From the IMG/VR virus record IMGVR_UViG_3300021962_000023, positions 1-64,000 of that record: a DNA stretch of 64,000 nucleotides; one strand, written 5' to 3'. Shown piece after piece: positions 35,605 through 46,187 of the stretch. The notes beneath the pieces were generated by a model, which saw only the letters and a program-made list of their open reading frames with translations, had not been told where the DNA came from and did not search any database. Both the position numbers and the translations under genes were made by a program. Source of the stretch: a virus. Each line of letters begins with the position of its first letter. Positions within the stretch are counted from its first letter, which is position 1.

Positions 35605-36158
35605 TCCTCTGGGTTTCCATTTTCTGCATACCAATTTTTTACATTTCGTTCTCCAACTAATAAGAAGAAGCAATTATAACACAATGCTCTAATGTTTTCT
35701 AATTTTCTATTATTAAGATTACCATCTAAAAAATCAATCAATAGTGGCATTTTTCCATCAGTAACTCTTTCTTCGCTGAATCCACAACTTGAACATACTT
35801 TTGGTAGGTATCCACTATCAAACAATTTGTTTTTGAATTTGAATAGAGGATATTTTAAATGCTTTCCTGCAATTAAATCATCGATGTGATATTTTTTGTT
35901 TTTGATTTTTTTGGCTCTCTCAATACCAATACCATATGGATTTTTTAAATCTTCAAAAATACCATAAAGTTTAGCATATTTCTTATAAGTGTTATAAGAG
36001 ATACCCAATGTTCGGGCTGCTTCGAATGCTGAACGTGATTTTTCTTGTGCCGCTTTTATTTGTGATTCTAATATAGGTTTGGCACCCAACCCTCTTTTTG
36101 TAATTCTACTTGTTTCTTCAATGTTTGGGAAGAATCCTTCCACTTCTTCGTTTTCCAT
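35565..36158 (-). CDS. HTH plus degenerate HNH/zinc-finger protein
   Basis: AARTLGISYNTYKKY helix-turn-helix; CSSCG...LIDFLDGN..N..LENIRALCYNC with the catalytic His absent. Confidence 0.65.
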   Translation of the reverse strand: MENEEVEGFFPNIEETSRITKRGLGAKPILESQIKAAQEKSRSAFEAARTLGISYNTYKKYAKLYGIFEDLKNPYGIGIERAKKIKNKKYHIDDLIAGKHLKYPLFKFKNKLFDSGYLPKVCSSCGFSEERVTDGKMPLLIDFLDGNLNNRKLENIRALCYNCFFLLVGERNVKNWYAENGNPEDEENLQEQSSVQD

Positions 36159-36191
36159 ACTAATAACTATTTGATTATACTAATAAGTATA

Positions 36192-36989
36192 TCAAATTAT
36201 TTTTATAGAACCATTTTTGGAAATAAATTTATTTGAAATTAGATATTTTAAAACAATATTTGCTATTTGTATATTACCATTTATACCGGCATGCCCATCT
36301 ATTTTAATCTTTAATTCATCGTTAATTGTCAAATTATTAATAGTGAACCATCTAGCCATCTGAACATTATCAAAATTAACAAAATTAAAATCGTGTTTCA
36401 AATTATTTGTTTGTAAAAATTCTTCAAAAAAAGTATTATCGATTAATATTACATTTGCATTTTTATATTTTAAAAAATACATCAATCCTAAAAAATTATT
36501 CATACTTTTTTTATATTCAAAATCAGTATTTATAAAATTATAAAAATACGATTCTAATTCTTTGTGAATTTTTTTTAAATCACCAATATCATATCCGGCT
36601 GCCACATCTGTCATATCGGTAGTGGGTTCTTTTATAGTTCCCCAAGTAACATTCATCAACCTATCCAATTGATTACAATATACTTCTTCTCTCCACATTG
36701 GTGGTAATTCTAATATAAAAAGAGTTTCGGAAATTGTTGATTGGTTATCATAGACATATTGATATGTTTTTCTAATTAATCTATTCATAGAGCCGCCCGA
36801 TGTGGCTTCATTATGAACACTCATTGATAATTCTTTACCTAATATATTTGGATATGCATATTGAATATAATCATCATCCAATTTGATTCCCAATATTTCT
36901 GAATATTTTTTTCTGATATATTCAAAATTAAGTCCACCTGCTCCGGTAAAACTACATCCATTTGCATATATTTTTCTAAAATAATTCAT
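36192..36989 (-). CDS. SGNH-hydrolase-like hypothetical protein
   Basis: ANGCSFT, SGGSMNRLIR, IDGH. Confidence 0.6.
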   Translation of the reverse strand: MNYFRKIYANGCSFTGAGGLNFEYIRKKYSEILGIKLDDDYIQYAYPNILGKELSMSVHNEATSGGSMNRLIRKTYQYVYDNQSTISETLFILELPPMWREEVYCNQLDRLMNVTWGTIKEPTTDMTDVAAGYDIGDLKKIHKELESYFYNFINTDFEYKKSMNNFLGLMYFLKYKNANVILIDNTFFEEFLQTNNLKHDFNFVNFDNVQMARWFTINNLTINDELKIKIDGHAGINGNIQIANIVLKYLISNKFISKNGSIKII

Positions 36990-37375
36990 TAAATTAAAAC
37001 TTTGATTAATTTAGAAAAAGTAGAATCAATATTATCGGATGTATCCAAGTCTATAAAAAATTCAGTAGGTGGTTCGTAATCAGTTACGACTCTATCGGTT
37101 CTCATTTTTTTAGTATGACAATATATTTCCTGAACTTTACATTCCGATTTAAATTTTTCTCTAAAAGTTCTATTTGGAAAAATATAAGTAATGACCACAT
37201 CGATACCACAACTATCTAAATACCGTGCAACATCTAATGGATTATCGGTTTGTCCCTCATCTATGTGAAACACCGATTTTCTCCAATTTTTTTTATCAGT
37301 TTGTAACCAAAATTGTAATTTTTTACCCAAAGTGGTTTTACCACTACCCGGCTGACCTGTAAAAAGGTATATCAT
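36989..37375 (-). CDS. Adenylylsulfate-kinase-like P-loop protein
   Basis: LFTGQPGSGKTTL, YEPP. Confidence 0.7.
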   Translation of the reverse strand: MIYLFTGQPGSGKTTLGKKLQFWLQTDKKNWRKSVFHIDEGQTDNPLDVARYLDSCGIDVVITYIFPNRTFREKFKSECKVQEIYCHTKKMRTDRVVTDYEPPTEFFIDLDTSDNIDSTFSKLIKVLI

Positions 37376-37378
37376 AAC

Positions 37379-38224
37379 TTATTTGTTTTTTAATGCAAAT
37401 TGTGCTGCTTTAAATGCTGGTTTATCTTTTTCGTATCCTAATGCTGTTTTTATTTTAATCATTTTACCCGTTTCTGGGTTTTTAATTTTCTTATCCAAAT
37501 CCTTTGGTAATAGAGATTTTAAACTCATATCATTACCTTTTACCGATTTTGGTTTAGTTACTTCCTTATCTTTTTGTTTAGAGGTTGTATCATTTTTTTG
37601 TTTAGGTGGATTTGGTATACCATGCTGAACATGTCTTACTTTCAATGATACTTCTGGATATTTTTTAGAAAGAGCTTTTACTGCTGAAATGTTTTTGTGA
37701 GAATCATCTATAAAAAACACATCGTTTACTCCACTTTTGATTTTACTTTCAATCCAATCAGCTTTCTTTTGTGGGTCAGAATCAGCTAATGCTACTACAT
37801 ATAATTTATCTAATCCTATATCAGATAAATAATCTTTGATTGGTTTATATGCGGCTCTAGCTGTTAATATTACGATTTCCGAACCACCTACTCTTACTAT
37901 ATTTTTAAGTAATCTTGTAACACCCTTAATCTCTTGTGGTTGTTTTACTTTTTCAAAATCAGAAAAATCAAATTGGTCACCTTCTTTTGGTTCATATATT
38001 GCATATTCGCCAGGTGTTAATGTTGATTTCTTACCATCTTTATGAGTAATGTATATGTTTGATTTTGTTTTAACTAATGTATCATCAAAATCAAATATTC
38101 TTAATTTCTTTTCACCAGCTTCTTGCAATGAGTTGAATGCAAAAGCGTTCATATTGGAATATACTTTTCCAAATTCTACTTTCATTCCATTCCACATTCC
38201 TGATGTTGCTGATTTTGAAAACAT
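37379..38224 (-). CDS. HAD-like protein with C-terminal KNPETGKMIK module
   Basis: IFDFDDTL, ILTARA, FFIDDSHKN. Confidence 0.8.
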   Translation of the reverse strand: MFSKSATSGMWNGMKVEFGKVYSNMNAFAFNSLQEAGEKKLRIFDFDDTLVKTKSNIYITHKDGKKSTLTPGEYAIYEPKEGDQFDFSDFEKVKQPQEIKGVTRLLKNIVRVGGSEIVILTARAAYKPIKDYLSDIGLDKLYVVALADSDPQKKADWIESKIKSGVNDVFFIDDSHKNISAVKALSKKYPEVSLKVRHVQHGIPNPPKQKNDTTSKQKDKEVTKPKSVKGNDMSLKSLLPKDLDKKIKNPETGKMIKIKTALGYEKDKPAFKAAQFALKNK

Positions 38225-39045
38225 TATTCTTCTATTATTTCTATTTTAATTTTAGGAACATATCCATCTGGTAATTGTGAATTTATTCCTTTAAATTCTT
38301 TAACCTTATCTTTAAAGTAAGTAATTTGTAATATTTTATCAGTCAAATTCATTACTGTTTGAGATGATGTGGACATTTCAGCCGTATCTCTTTTCATATT
38401 CAGTTGTGGTCTTTTTGGAAAAAACTCTTTTCTCATAGCTTGTGCTATTTCTTTCCAATCCTCCACTTTATCAACTGATTTTTCTGCTGATATTTTTCTC
38501 ATTTGAGATGAAAGGTATTTCTCGCCATGCGTATATCCTGCATCGGTAAACATATGTCCGTGATTTGTTCTAACTACTGCTGATTCGGTATTTTGTATTT
38601 GGATATCCGGTTTGTGCTTTGATGTAGTTTCAATACTAACCATATGTTTCGGAGATGATATAAATGTATGTCCTTTTAAAGATAATCCACTTTTCCCCTT
38701 ATATGTTATTGCCGCTTTTATTGCTTGTTTTAATGTTGGTTGTTTGATGATGTTTCTCATTTTATCACCATCTGGTCCGGGCTTACCACCTTTTTTTACA
38801 ATTTTATGTTCTGCCTCATCGTGTCCTACTAATAGAGCGGAATTCACAACACCAATACCATTTTCATTTAACCCCTCACTCCAATCGGTTATAGTATCGT
38901 GTAAATATGCTACTTCAATTCCATCCATTACAGTATGTATAATTTCTAAAGTTGGTTGATATGCCCTATCTCTATTTTTTGCTAAGATAAATTTATCATT
39001 AATTTCTTTAGATACAATAATACATTCTTGTAGAATCTTAGCCAT
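38224..39045 (-). CDS. Ntn-hydrolase-like protein (Cys nucleophile) with short pro-peptide
   Basis: MAKILQE-CIIV...LAKNRDR, EGLNENGIGVVN, VRTNH. Confidence 0.65.
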   Translation of the reverse strand: MAKILQECIIVSKEINDKFILAKNRDRAYQPTLEIIHTVMDGIEVAYLHDTITDWSEGLNENGIGVVNSALLVGHDEAEHKIVKKGGKPGPDGDKMRNIIKQPTLKQAIKAAITYKGKSGLSLKGHTFISSPKHMVSIETTSKHKPDIQIQNTESAVVRTNHGHMFTDAGYTHGEKYLSSQMRKISAEKSVDKVEDWKEIAQAMRKEFFPKRPQLNMKRDTAEMSTSSQTVMNLTDKILQITYFKDKVKEFKGINSQLPDGYVPKIKIEIIEE

Positions 39046-39355
39046 TTAATGTTTGTTTCTTTGATACTTTCGTTTTCTTATTAAGTTCTTCGTTTTCTCT
39101 GGTAAGATATTCTACTTTAACAGTTAATGCGGCTACTTCCTTTGTTAAGGATAATACCATATTACGAAGTTCATCCTTTTCTTTTGCGGCGGATTCTAAT
39201 AATGCTTCTAATTTTGCAATTCTATCTTTACAATCATGCCTAATGAAATCTTCATCTCTCTCTTTAGCCATTGCTCTCTTTTCGTAATATCTCCAAGCAC
39301 CAGTTCCGCCTAATACTGTTACTAGCGTTATTAAAACTGTATACAAATTATCCAT
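39038..39355 (-). CDS. Single-TM plus coiled-coil protein
   Basis: N-terminal TM followed by heptad repeats. Confidence 0.75.
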   Translation of the reverse strand: MDNLYTVLITLVTVLGGTGAWRYYEKRAMAKERDEDFIRHDCKDRIAKLEALLESAAKEKDELRNMVLSLTKEVAALTVKVEYLTRENEELNKKTKVSKKQTLNG

Positions 39356-39360
39356 TGATT

Positions 39361-39885
39361 TTATTTTTTATTTATTTCTTTACCAGCTTTAACTGCATCT
39401 TTATATGCTTGAGAATTTTTAGGTGAAGGTTTTTCACCTCTAGCTCTCTTAGCTCTGATATTTGCCCACAATCCAGGTCCTTCCTCTTTTACAGGTTCCT
39501 TTTCACCATCATCGCCATCCATTGCATCATGTACCGAATTTAATTGGTCTACTGCTAATGTGATTTGTGAATACATCCAAGAGTCTAAAGTTTGTCCTTC
39601 TTGCATTCTTTTTGCAATCATACCAGCGTAATCTCCAATTCTTTCGAGTTGTCCCATTGTCATTTCGTTCAAACCTGATAGAGTTTCTTCTGGTGAAGAT
39701 TCATCACCTTCTTGCATTTTATGCTTCAACAATTCTGTCATTTTGTTGAATATTTGCTCTCCTCCATTTTTCCCTAAACGATACGCACCGCCTAACTTCT
39801 CATACACCTTAATCTTATTGGACATTGGCATATTTTTTTCATTTACTGCTTTCCAAGCTTTAGGATTGGTTACTTCAAATTTCAT
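39361..39885 (-). CDS. Hypothetical modular protein
   Basis: 174 aa; several xxE sites (MQE|G twice, LNE|M, VKE|E); GLWANIRAKR tail. Confidence 0.75.
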   Translation of the reverse strand: MKFEVTNPKAWKAVNEKNMPMSNKIKVYEKLGGAYRLGKNGGEQIFNKMTELLKHKMQEGDESSPEETLSGLNEMTMGQLERIGDYAGMIAKRMQEGQTLDSWMYSQITLAVDQLNSVHDAMDGDDGEKEPVKEEGPGLWANIRAKRARGEKPSPKNSQAYKDAVKAGKEINKK

Positions 39886-40562
39886 ATTATTTTTTTAATT
39901 TCTTTGTATTCATTTAATACTATTACATCATATAAATATTGAAAAAAAAATAGATGGCCAGTTTTATTTAAATGCTTATCATAATTATTTACCCAATATT
40001 CTGGAGTTTTTTCTATAATGTTAGCCATTAAACTATAATTGTTTCTGAATTTGATTATATTTTTATCAAATTTCAATACCAATGATTGTTGAAATTCTGC
40101 AAAAGCATTTGGTTCTGTTTTATAGGATAGTTCGGTATCCAAAGACCATATATAAAATTTTATATTTCGTTGTTTTAAATATTCACATATAAATGAATAT
40201 TTTATAATATCCTGTCTTATATACTCATCCATATCCAATACCTTTCTACTGAAGAATTGAAAATCCAATTCATCAAATCTTTCATCGTATTCTAAATGTA
40301 TAGTTGTATTTTTAAAATGGTCTAGCAATCTATTATAAAATCCAATTTCCAATATAACAATATCATCCGATTGAATACATTCGTACTCTTTAAAAAATTT
40401 GTTGATTATTTCACCATTACATGCTCCTACCAATGAATGATTTATCAACCCCATTCCTAATTTTTTAGAAAGTAATTGAGGCCAACTATCTTCTATTTTA
40501 ACCGAATCATTTGTTGTGAAATGAGTTGAAAATGAATCACCAAAAACAATCAAATTATTCAT
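39882..40562 (-). CDS. SGNH-hydrolase-like hypothetical protein
   Basis: VFGDSFS, GACNGEI, DKH. Confidence 0.6.
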   Translation of the reverse strand: MNNLIVFGDSFSTHFTTNDSVKIEDSWPQLLSKKLGMGLINHSLVGACNGEIINKFFKEYECIQSDDIVILEIGFYNRLLDHFKNTTIHLEYDERFDELDFQFFSRKVLDMDEYIRQDIIKYSFICEYLKQRNIKFYIWSLDTELSYKTEPNAFAEFQQSLVLKFDKNIIKFRNNYSLMANIIEKTPEYWVNNYDKHLNKTGHLFFFQYLYDVIVLNEYKEIKKII

Positions 40563-40563
40563 T

Positions 40564-41463
40564 TTAATTTATCTTATTTAATTCTTCTTGAAAGTGTGAA
40601 TAAGCAATTTGTTTAAATTCCTCTTTTCTATCAATTCTTTTTACCAAAGAATCGTAGTGTTTTCTATTTCTATAAATATAATTCTCACAAACTACATGAT
40701 TTTTTAATTTAAATTGATAAATTGCTTCACCCTTTTCATTTAGTTTTTGAATACCCCACATCAAAAATGTATCATCTGGTCCATATGCTCCCATAGATTC
40801 TGGTAGAGGAATTCTATCTAATAGAGATTTAGATAATAATGTAAACCAACCTGCTCCAAATTTTGTAGTAGGTTGACCTGGTACCATATTAAATACACTT
40901 TCTATACCAACTTCACCATATTCACCCGCATCTACAAATGGATTATTTGTTTTACAATAATCTAATGGTTTATCTAAAAATTTTTCATTAACTAAGCAAT
41001 CCCAAGTTGTATCCCAATATTTAACAATTTCAGGTGTTATAAAATATTTATCCGATATCTTTTCTTCTTCAATTGCATGAATTGCGTTTTCCATATAAAA
41101 CAAAATTCTTTCATCAAAACAAATATCAGTATCCAACCAAATAAAATGAGTTGCATCGGCACATTCTAAATGTGCATATCGTTTACATTGAAATGCTCCA
41201 ATAATCTCATCTCTAATTTGAAATGTAGATTTACCAGCCCATTCTGTTAATGATTTTAAAGAATTAAATCTATCAATAAAGAATTGTTTATCCACTTTAG
41301 AATTTTCCCAATCAAATAAATAATCCGATACTGAAAAAGAAATATAAAATTCATAATTGGCCCCATCTACATATTTTGATGTTTTATTTAAATCAACCAA
41401 TACTCTTTCCAAATCATCCAGCTCATGTGGCATTACGAATGATGTAATAACTATTTTTTTCAT
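40564..41463 (-). CDS. Putative GT-A glycosyltransferase
   Basis: HFIWLDTDI DxD motif, YGPDDTF. Confidence 0.6.
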   Translation of the reverse strand: MKKIVITSFVMPHELDDLERVLVDLNKTSKYVDGANYEFYISFSVSDYLFDWENSKVDKQFFIDRFNSLKSLTEWAGKSTFQIRDEIIGAFQCKRYAHLECADATHFIWLDTDICFDERILFYMENAIHAIEEEKISDKYFITPEIVKYWDTTWDCLVNEKFLDKPLDYCKTNNPFVDAGEYGEVGIESVFNMVPGQPTTKFGAGWFTLLSKSLLDRIPLPESMGAYGPDDTFLMWGIQKLNEKGEAIYQFKLKNHVVCENYIYRNRKHYDSLVKRIDRKEEFKQIAYSHFQEELNKIN

Positions 41464-42248
41464 TTGTATTTATTTTCTATTAACTTTTTAAGTTCTTCAT
41501 TTCTATCATATTGATGAACTAATGTGTACAATTCTCCAATATCCGTTTTAACATCATTTCCTTCTATCGTTGGTAATTTTTCAGTATATGGCAATGTATC
41601 ACCATTTTTTAATGTTAAATGCAATTGAGCAGCAAACCCCTCTTGTTGTTTTACAAATTGAACCTTATCTTTAAATTGATTCAAATGAATAAGAATATTA
41701 TATGCCGCCTGGTCTGCTAATTGTTCTGGATTAGAAGTAGTCAAACTCCATCTATAAATGTCAATAAATAAATCTCTTATAGCATCTCTCTTACCAACAA
41801 TGGTTCCAGCGCAATGTATTTCTTCATGTTGTAACCACTCCCATTCCATAGGAAATGATGTACCTGCATTTAATCTTGCCCAAGCCTCATCTCCAAATTT
41901 TAAAGATTCACTAAATGCAAGAATATCTTTATTCATATGGTTATTCAACCATTCAGTTGGGTCTTTTTGAAATACAATATCTTTTACATCTACCCAAATA
42001 ACTACATCAGTTTCATATTGATGTAGGACCTGATACATATCTCTAAATCTTTGTAAAATGATATGTTGTTGTGGTTCTGATTGTATTAATAACCATCCTT
42101 TATTCGTAAGATAATCGATTGTATCTTGTGTAATCTCATACACCAACATCAATTTATCTCCACTAAACCCACTTTGCTCTATTGATTCAACAAATGGTTT
42201 AATTTGTTCTACTCCATATTTGGTTATACAACCTACTATCGTATATTT
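41460..42248 (-). CDS. Putative glycosyltransferase
   Basis: VIWVDVKDIVFQKDP, ADQAAYN; start placed at MKYTIVG. Confidence 0.65.
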   Translation of the reverse strand, partial: KYTIVGCITKYGVEQIKPFVESIEQSGFSGDKLMLVYEITQDTIDYLTNKGWLLIQSEPQQHIILQRFRDMYQVLHQYETDVVIWVDVKDIVFQKDPTEWLNNHMNKDILAFSESLKFGDEAWARLNAGTSFPMEWEWLQHEEIHCAGTIVGKRDAIRDLFIDIYRWSLTTSNPEQLADQAAYNILIHLNQFKDKVQFVKQQEGFAAQLHLTLKNGDTLPYTEKLPTIEGNDVKTDIGELYTLVHQYDRNEELKKLIENKYK

Positions 42249-42991
42249 CATCGTTTTCCGTATTTTTGCCAATCATTATGCATAAACAAACCTTCACCAT
42301 GTGCTACTCCGTAGTTTTGTTGAACCCACCATTTACCAATGTTTCCTTCCAATGCAATACCATCTCCTGCAAATTGATTCACAATATCTAAATAAAATTG
42401 TTTTTTATATAAACAAGGGTTGTTTGTCCAATTACCATATCGAGAATTAGTCAAAAAGTATTCTCCAAATTGTCCAATATGTTCTGGAAAAGATTCTTTA
42501 GGATTACACCAATGAACTGAATCTAAAAGATGTGGCGATGTTGCTCCTATTTCCTCATCGTAATAAGTTAATTCATTTCCTTGATGTCTGAATGAGAAAT
42601 GTGGAAACCCTGGATTCTTTCTATGTCTATATCTAACCACATCTACACTACCATCTAATAATTCTAATCCAGATGATAATCTATCATATGCAGTTTCTTT
42701 ATTTTCAATTAAATTCCAATCGTGTTCTAAAACTAATACATTATCGGTTTGTGAATTTTCAGTTAATTTGATAAATGCTTTACCAATACCAATGTTGCTA
42801 GTTTCGCCAATAAAATCTAATCCAAAGTGTTTAGCTATTTCATAATCTTGCATACTAAACTCCTGAAATAAAATGGTAACATCGTTTGTAATATCAAACA
42901 ATCCGTTTTCATAATAAGTTGTCAATGTATCTACCAATACTTGCCCACTATTCCAAGCTAATATTCCAATACTAATTGGTAATTTTTGCAT
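42248..42991 (-). CDS. Putative GT2-like glycosyltransferase
   Basis: ISIGILAWN, VLVLEHDW, WTNNP. Confidence 0.6.
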   Translation of the reverse strand: MQKLPISIGILAWNSGQVLVDTLTTYYENGLFDITNDVTILFQEFSMQDYEIAKHFGLDFIGETSNIGIGKAFIKLTENSQTDNVLVLEHDWNLIENKETAYDRLSSGLELLDGSVDVVRYRHRKNPGFPHFSFRHQGNELTYYDEEIGATSPHLLDSVHWCNPKESFPEHIGQFGEYFLTNSRYGNWTNNPCLYKKQFYLDIVNQFAGDGIALEGNIGKWWVQQNYGVAHGEGLFMHNDWQKYGKR

Positions 42992-43620
42992 TTCTTAAAT
43001 AATTTATAAAGTTATTGTAATCTTCTTTCTTTATTTCATCCCAAATAGGTTCATCGGAAGTTGTACTCATTTCAGTATCAACTTTAAAATTACGCAATAC
43101 TGCTTTTGACGATGGGTTTACATCTTTTATAAAATTATCCCCATACCATATTTTTATATTGTTTGGAATTTCTATCCAATTCGTTCTATTCAACATAATA
43201 AAACAACCCCACCCCCAATCATTTACACCAGGCTGCCATACATCTAAATAAGGTCCTCTTTCTTCATCGATATTCCCCCTATAATTTCCTTCCCCCATTC
43301 CGATAATCCCATATTGATTTAATATATCATTTGTAATTAAACCAAAAATATTTGGGTCAAAATTTATATCATCGTTTAATAATGCTATGGATTCATTCTT
43401 AGCTAATTCAATTCCCAAATTCCATGCAGGATTTACATAAATGTTTTTACCAAATGAAACATGTCTAACTTTTTCTACTTTTCCATCCAATACATCTGTC
43501 AATTGATTATTTATTACAATAATCTCATCTACATATTCACACTCATTTAAATCTGAAAGTAGTTTTTTTGTTCTGTTTGATTTCCAAAGTGTTGGAATTA
43601 CTATTGAGAATTTGCCCATT
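42972..43620 (-). CDS. GT2 family glycosyltransferase
   Basis: FSIVIPT, NPAWNLG, LLNDDI, WYGDN; start placed at MGKFS. Confidence 0.8.
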
Positions 43621-44194
43621 GTAAGAATTGTTCTGGTGATATAATATTTAACATTCTCCACTTATTCATAGAATAGTGATAATATGATTTATAGTTATCG
43701 GTTGTTTCGTATGGGATATTTGTTCCCCTACGAATGATTCCACAGCCGTAATCAGTATCAACTACTTTAATATCTAAAACAATACTTTCAACTCTCAACT
43801 CCGCAATTGCTTTCCACACATCACCAGTCCATTCTCCACCATGGTCATCTCTTTCTTGCATCTTTTCAGTTGTTGGTAAACAATCGTGACAAACAATAGT
43901 TCCATTATCTGATAAATGGTTTAAGGAATTTTCAATATCCTTTAATACTTGGTCTGAATGATGTAATCCATCTATAAAGATTATATCAAATTTTGCATTT
44001 TCATCTATTGATTCAAAATATTCATCTGATGTTCCAACGAATGTAACCTCCCCTCGTGGAAATGGGTCAATCGATACTTTACATTCCGTATTTATTAAAT
44101 CAAAATTGGATGATGGGTCTTGCGTTCCAACTTCTAAATAAGATTTATATCCATATTTTTGGATTAAACTATTGATTATATCTGTTCTTTTCAT
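43601..44194 (-). CDS. Class I SAM-dependent methyltransferase (Methyltransf_24-like)
   Basis: YLEVG, FDIIFIDGLH, GTIVCHD. Confidence 0.85.
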   Translation of the reverse strand: MKRTDIINSLIQKYGYKSYLEVGTQDPSSNFDLINTECKVSIDPFPRGEVTFVGTSDEYFESIDENAKFDIIFIDGLHHSDQVLKDIENSLNHLSDNGTIVCHDCLPTTEKMQERDDHGGEWTGDVWKAIAELRVESIVLDIKVVDTDYGCGIIRRGTNIPYETTDNYKSYYHYSMNKWRMLNIISPEQFLQWANSQ

Positions 44195-44712
44195 TATATA
44201 TTATTTAATCTTTCTAAATCATTTGAACAAAGTATATCAGAAATTTCATCTATTTTACTTTCTTCCATATCCCACCATTTTAATTCTAAAAGTTTATTAA
44301 TAACTTCATCACTAAATCTTTTACGAATTTGTTTAGCAGGATTTCCACCTACTATTGTATATGGTGGAACATCTTTTGTTACCACACTATATGCAGCGAT
44401 AACTGCCCCATCACCAATTTTAACACCACTCATAATAACTGCATTTGTTGCAATCCATACATCATTACCAATTGTTACATCTCCCTTTGTTGCAGGATGT
44501 CCGTGGTCTCGTTTTACTTTTGGGAATAAAGATTCTTTTATATGGCCAAATGGATATGTAGTAAACCAATCTATTCTATGATTTGCTCCTAAAAATACAG
44601 TAACACCTTCTGCTATTGAGCAAAATTTACCAATTCGTAAAGTTTTACCTTCACCTCCATGTATAATTTTTATACCATCATGTCCGTAAGTATTACTTCC
44701 TACTTCTTTCAT
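44194..44712 (-). CDS. Hexapeptide-repeat O-acetyltransferase (CatB/Vat-like fold)
   Basis: IGKFCSIA, NHRIDWFTTYPF, IGNDVWI, IVGGNPAK, LLELKWWD. Confidence 0.88.
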   Translation of the reverse strand: MKEVGSNTYGHDGIKIIHGGEGKTLRIGKFCSIAEGVTVFLGANHRIDWFTTYPFGHIKESLFPKVKRDHGHPATKGDVTIGNDVWIATNAVIMSGVKIGDGAVIAAYSVVTKDVPPYTIVGGNPAKQIRKRFSDEVINKLLELKWWDMEESKIDEISDILCSNDLERLNNI

Positions 44713-45565
44713 ATGCCGATATTAATTTATCTACTAACTGAATTTGTGTATAATTGTGCAACACTTTCATCATACCATTGTGTGCGATTCTTTCCCTCTC
44801 CTCTTCGTTTTCATTGTAGTAGTTCATCTTTTCTATACAATCAAACATTTCATCGTAGTACACAATATCCTCTCCATCTATGAACATTTCAGAAAGACCT
44901 GTTGATTCATCTAATCTATCGGTTAGAACCATCTTACCGCAAGCCATTCCTTCAAATATTCTACGAGTGATTTCTTTCCATCTACTATTCTGAATAACCA
45001 TTAAACCGGTATTCAAAAACTCCGTATGTTCTTTAGCTCCTAATCCATTGCGATTGCCAACTGCTCCTTCTGCCCAATGTGTTAAGTAATCTAAAAATGA
45101 AGAATTACCAATACCTCTCGTTGTAACTGCTACATGCTTTGGTTCTAAATTCATAGGAAATTGAACTTGTGTATCTGCGAAGTGATTTATCCACTCAGCA
45201 TTTATACCCATACTTTTGTATGCTTCCGCACATTGTTTATCCGGTGTAATTGTGAAATGAAATCTATTTGCTTTTGGTGAATTTCTTTCAAAGTTTTGTG
45301 GGTCATCTCCACTTTCTTGTATCCAAAATGAATTTGGTTTTAAATCTTTATTTAGATAAGGAGAATCAAATCTACCCCAATCTAAAAACATAATAATTGT
45401 AGGTTCTTTAGGTCCTTCTACGAATTGTTTAAGTAATCCATCACCATCTGCAATAGAAACTATATCAGTTTCCCAACCTCTTTCTTTGAATTCATTGAGA
45501 ATAGCTAATGGCATACACCATTCTTCTCCTTTGTAATCAAATATAAATGTTATACTATTTTGCAT
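44693..45565 (-). CDS. Glycosyltransferase (Glyco_trans_1_2/CgeB-like)
   Basis: RRIFEGMACG..VLTD, IAHNG..KV...YT. Confidence 0.8.
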   Translation of the reverse strand: MQNSITFIFDYKGEEWCMPLAILNEFKERGWETDIVSIADGDGLLKQFVEGPKEPTIIMFLDWGRFDSPYLNKDLKPNSFWIQESGDDPQNFERNSPKANRFHFTITPDKQCAEAYKSMGINAEWINHFADTQVQFPMNLEPKHVAVTTRGIGNSSFLDYLTHWAEGAVGNRNGLGAKEHTEFLNTGLMVIQNSRWKEITRRIFEGMACGKMVLTDRLDESTGLSEMFIDGEDIVYYDEMFDCIEKMNYYNENEEERERIAHNGMMKVLHNYTQIQLVDKLISAYERSRK

Positions 45566-46187
45566 AATCTTCTCTTTTAAAATTTATAGAATAATTATCC
45601 TGCGGTTCTACATCATATGGAGAATATGGTTTCCAATTTTTACCAGATTGAACAAATTTTATTTCAGCATTAAATCTATTCTTCTTCATACCGATTGTAT
45701 CAATTGTTCTGGCATAATCACCTCTCATCCACCAAAAATTACCTGAATAAAAGAATCCATAGAAAAGTATTCCATATGTATTAAATTCGGTTTTTTCAAA
45801 TAATCTAAATACATCATATACTTTTTCAATATTAAAATAATTCATAACATGTCTCCATGTTATTATATTTTGATATTTTTCATCATTTTGTTTAGATGCG
45901 CCTTTAGTATGAAGATACAAAATATAATCGGAATCTCCAAATTTTTCTTTATCTTTTTCTAATAAATCCAATGTAACAAATTCATGCCCCATTGCCCTAA
46001 TATCTCTTATCAATCGTTTGTCTAAGATATCCAATACATTGGAAATAGATTTATTTTCATCGGCTATTGAAATTCCAATATTCAATCTATATGGAAAATC
46101 AAAATGCGTTTTGATAAGATTTAATTGCTCATCTATTATAGATTCAACACCATCCACTGCGTATATGTGATAATATATGTGAACCAT
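45555..46187 (-). CDS. Hypothetical protein in the glycosylation cluster
   Basis: ILYLHTKG, YSGNFWW motifs. Confidence 0.7.
   Translation of the reverse strand: MVHIYYHIYAVDGVESIIDEQLNLIKTHFDFPYRLNIGISIADENKSISNVLDILDKRLIRDIRAMGHEFVTLDLLEKDKEKFGDSDYILYLHTKGASKQNDEKYQNIITWRHVMNYFNIEKVYDVFRLFEKTEFNTYGILFYGFFYSGNFWWMRGDYARTIDTIGMKKNRFNAEIKFVQSGKNWKPYSPYDVEPQDNYSINFKREDYAK

Noticed and set aside
44194-44712. CatB/Vat-like antibiotic-resistance gene
   Set aside because: It sits among glycosyltransferases, so a sugar O-acetyltransferase role is more parsimonious for this hexapeptide fold
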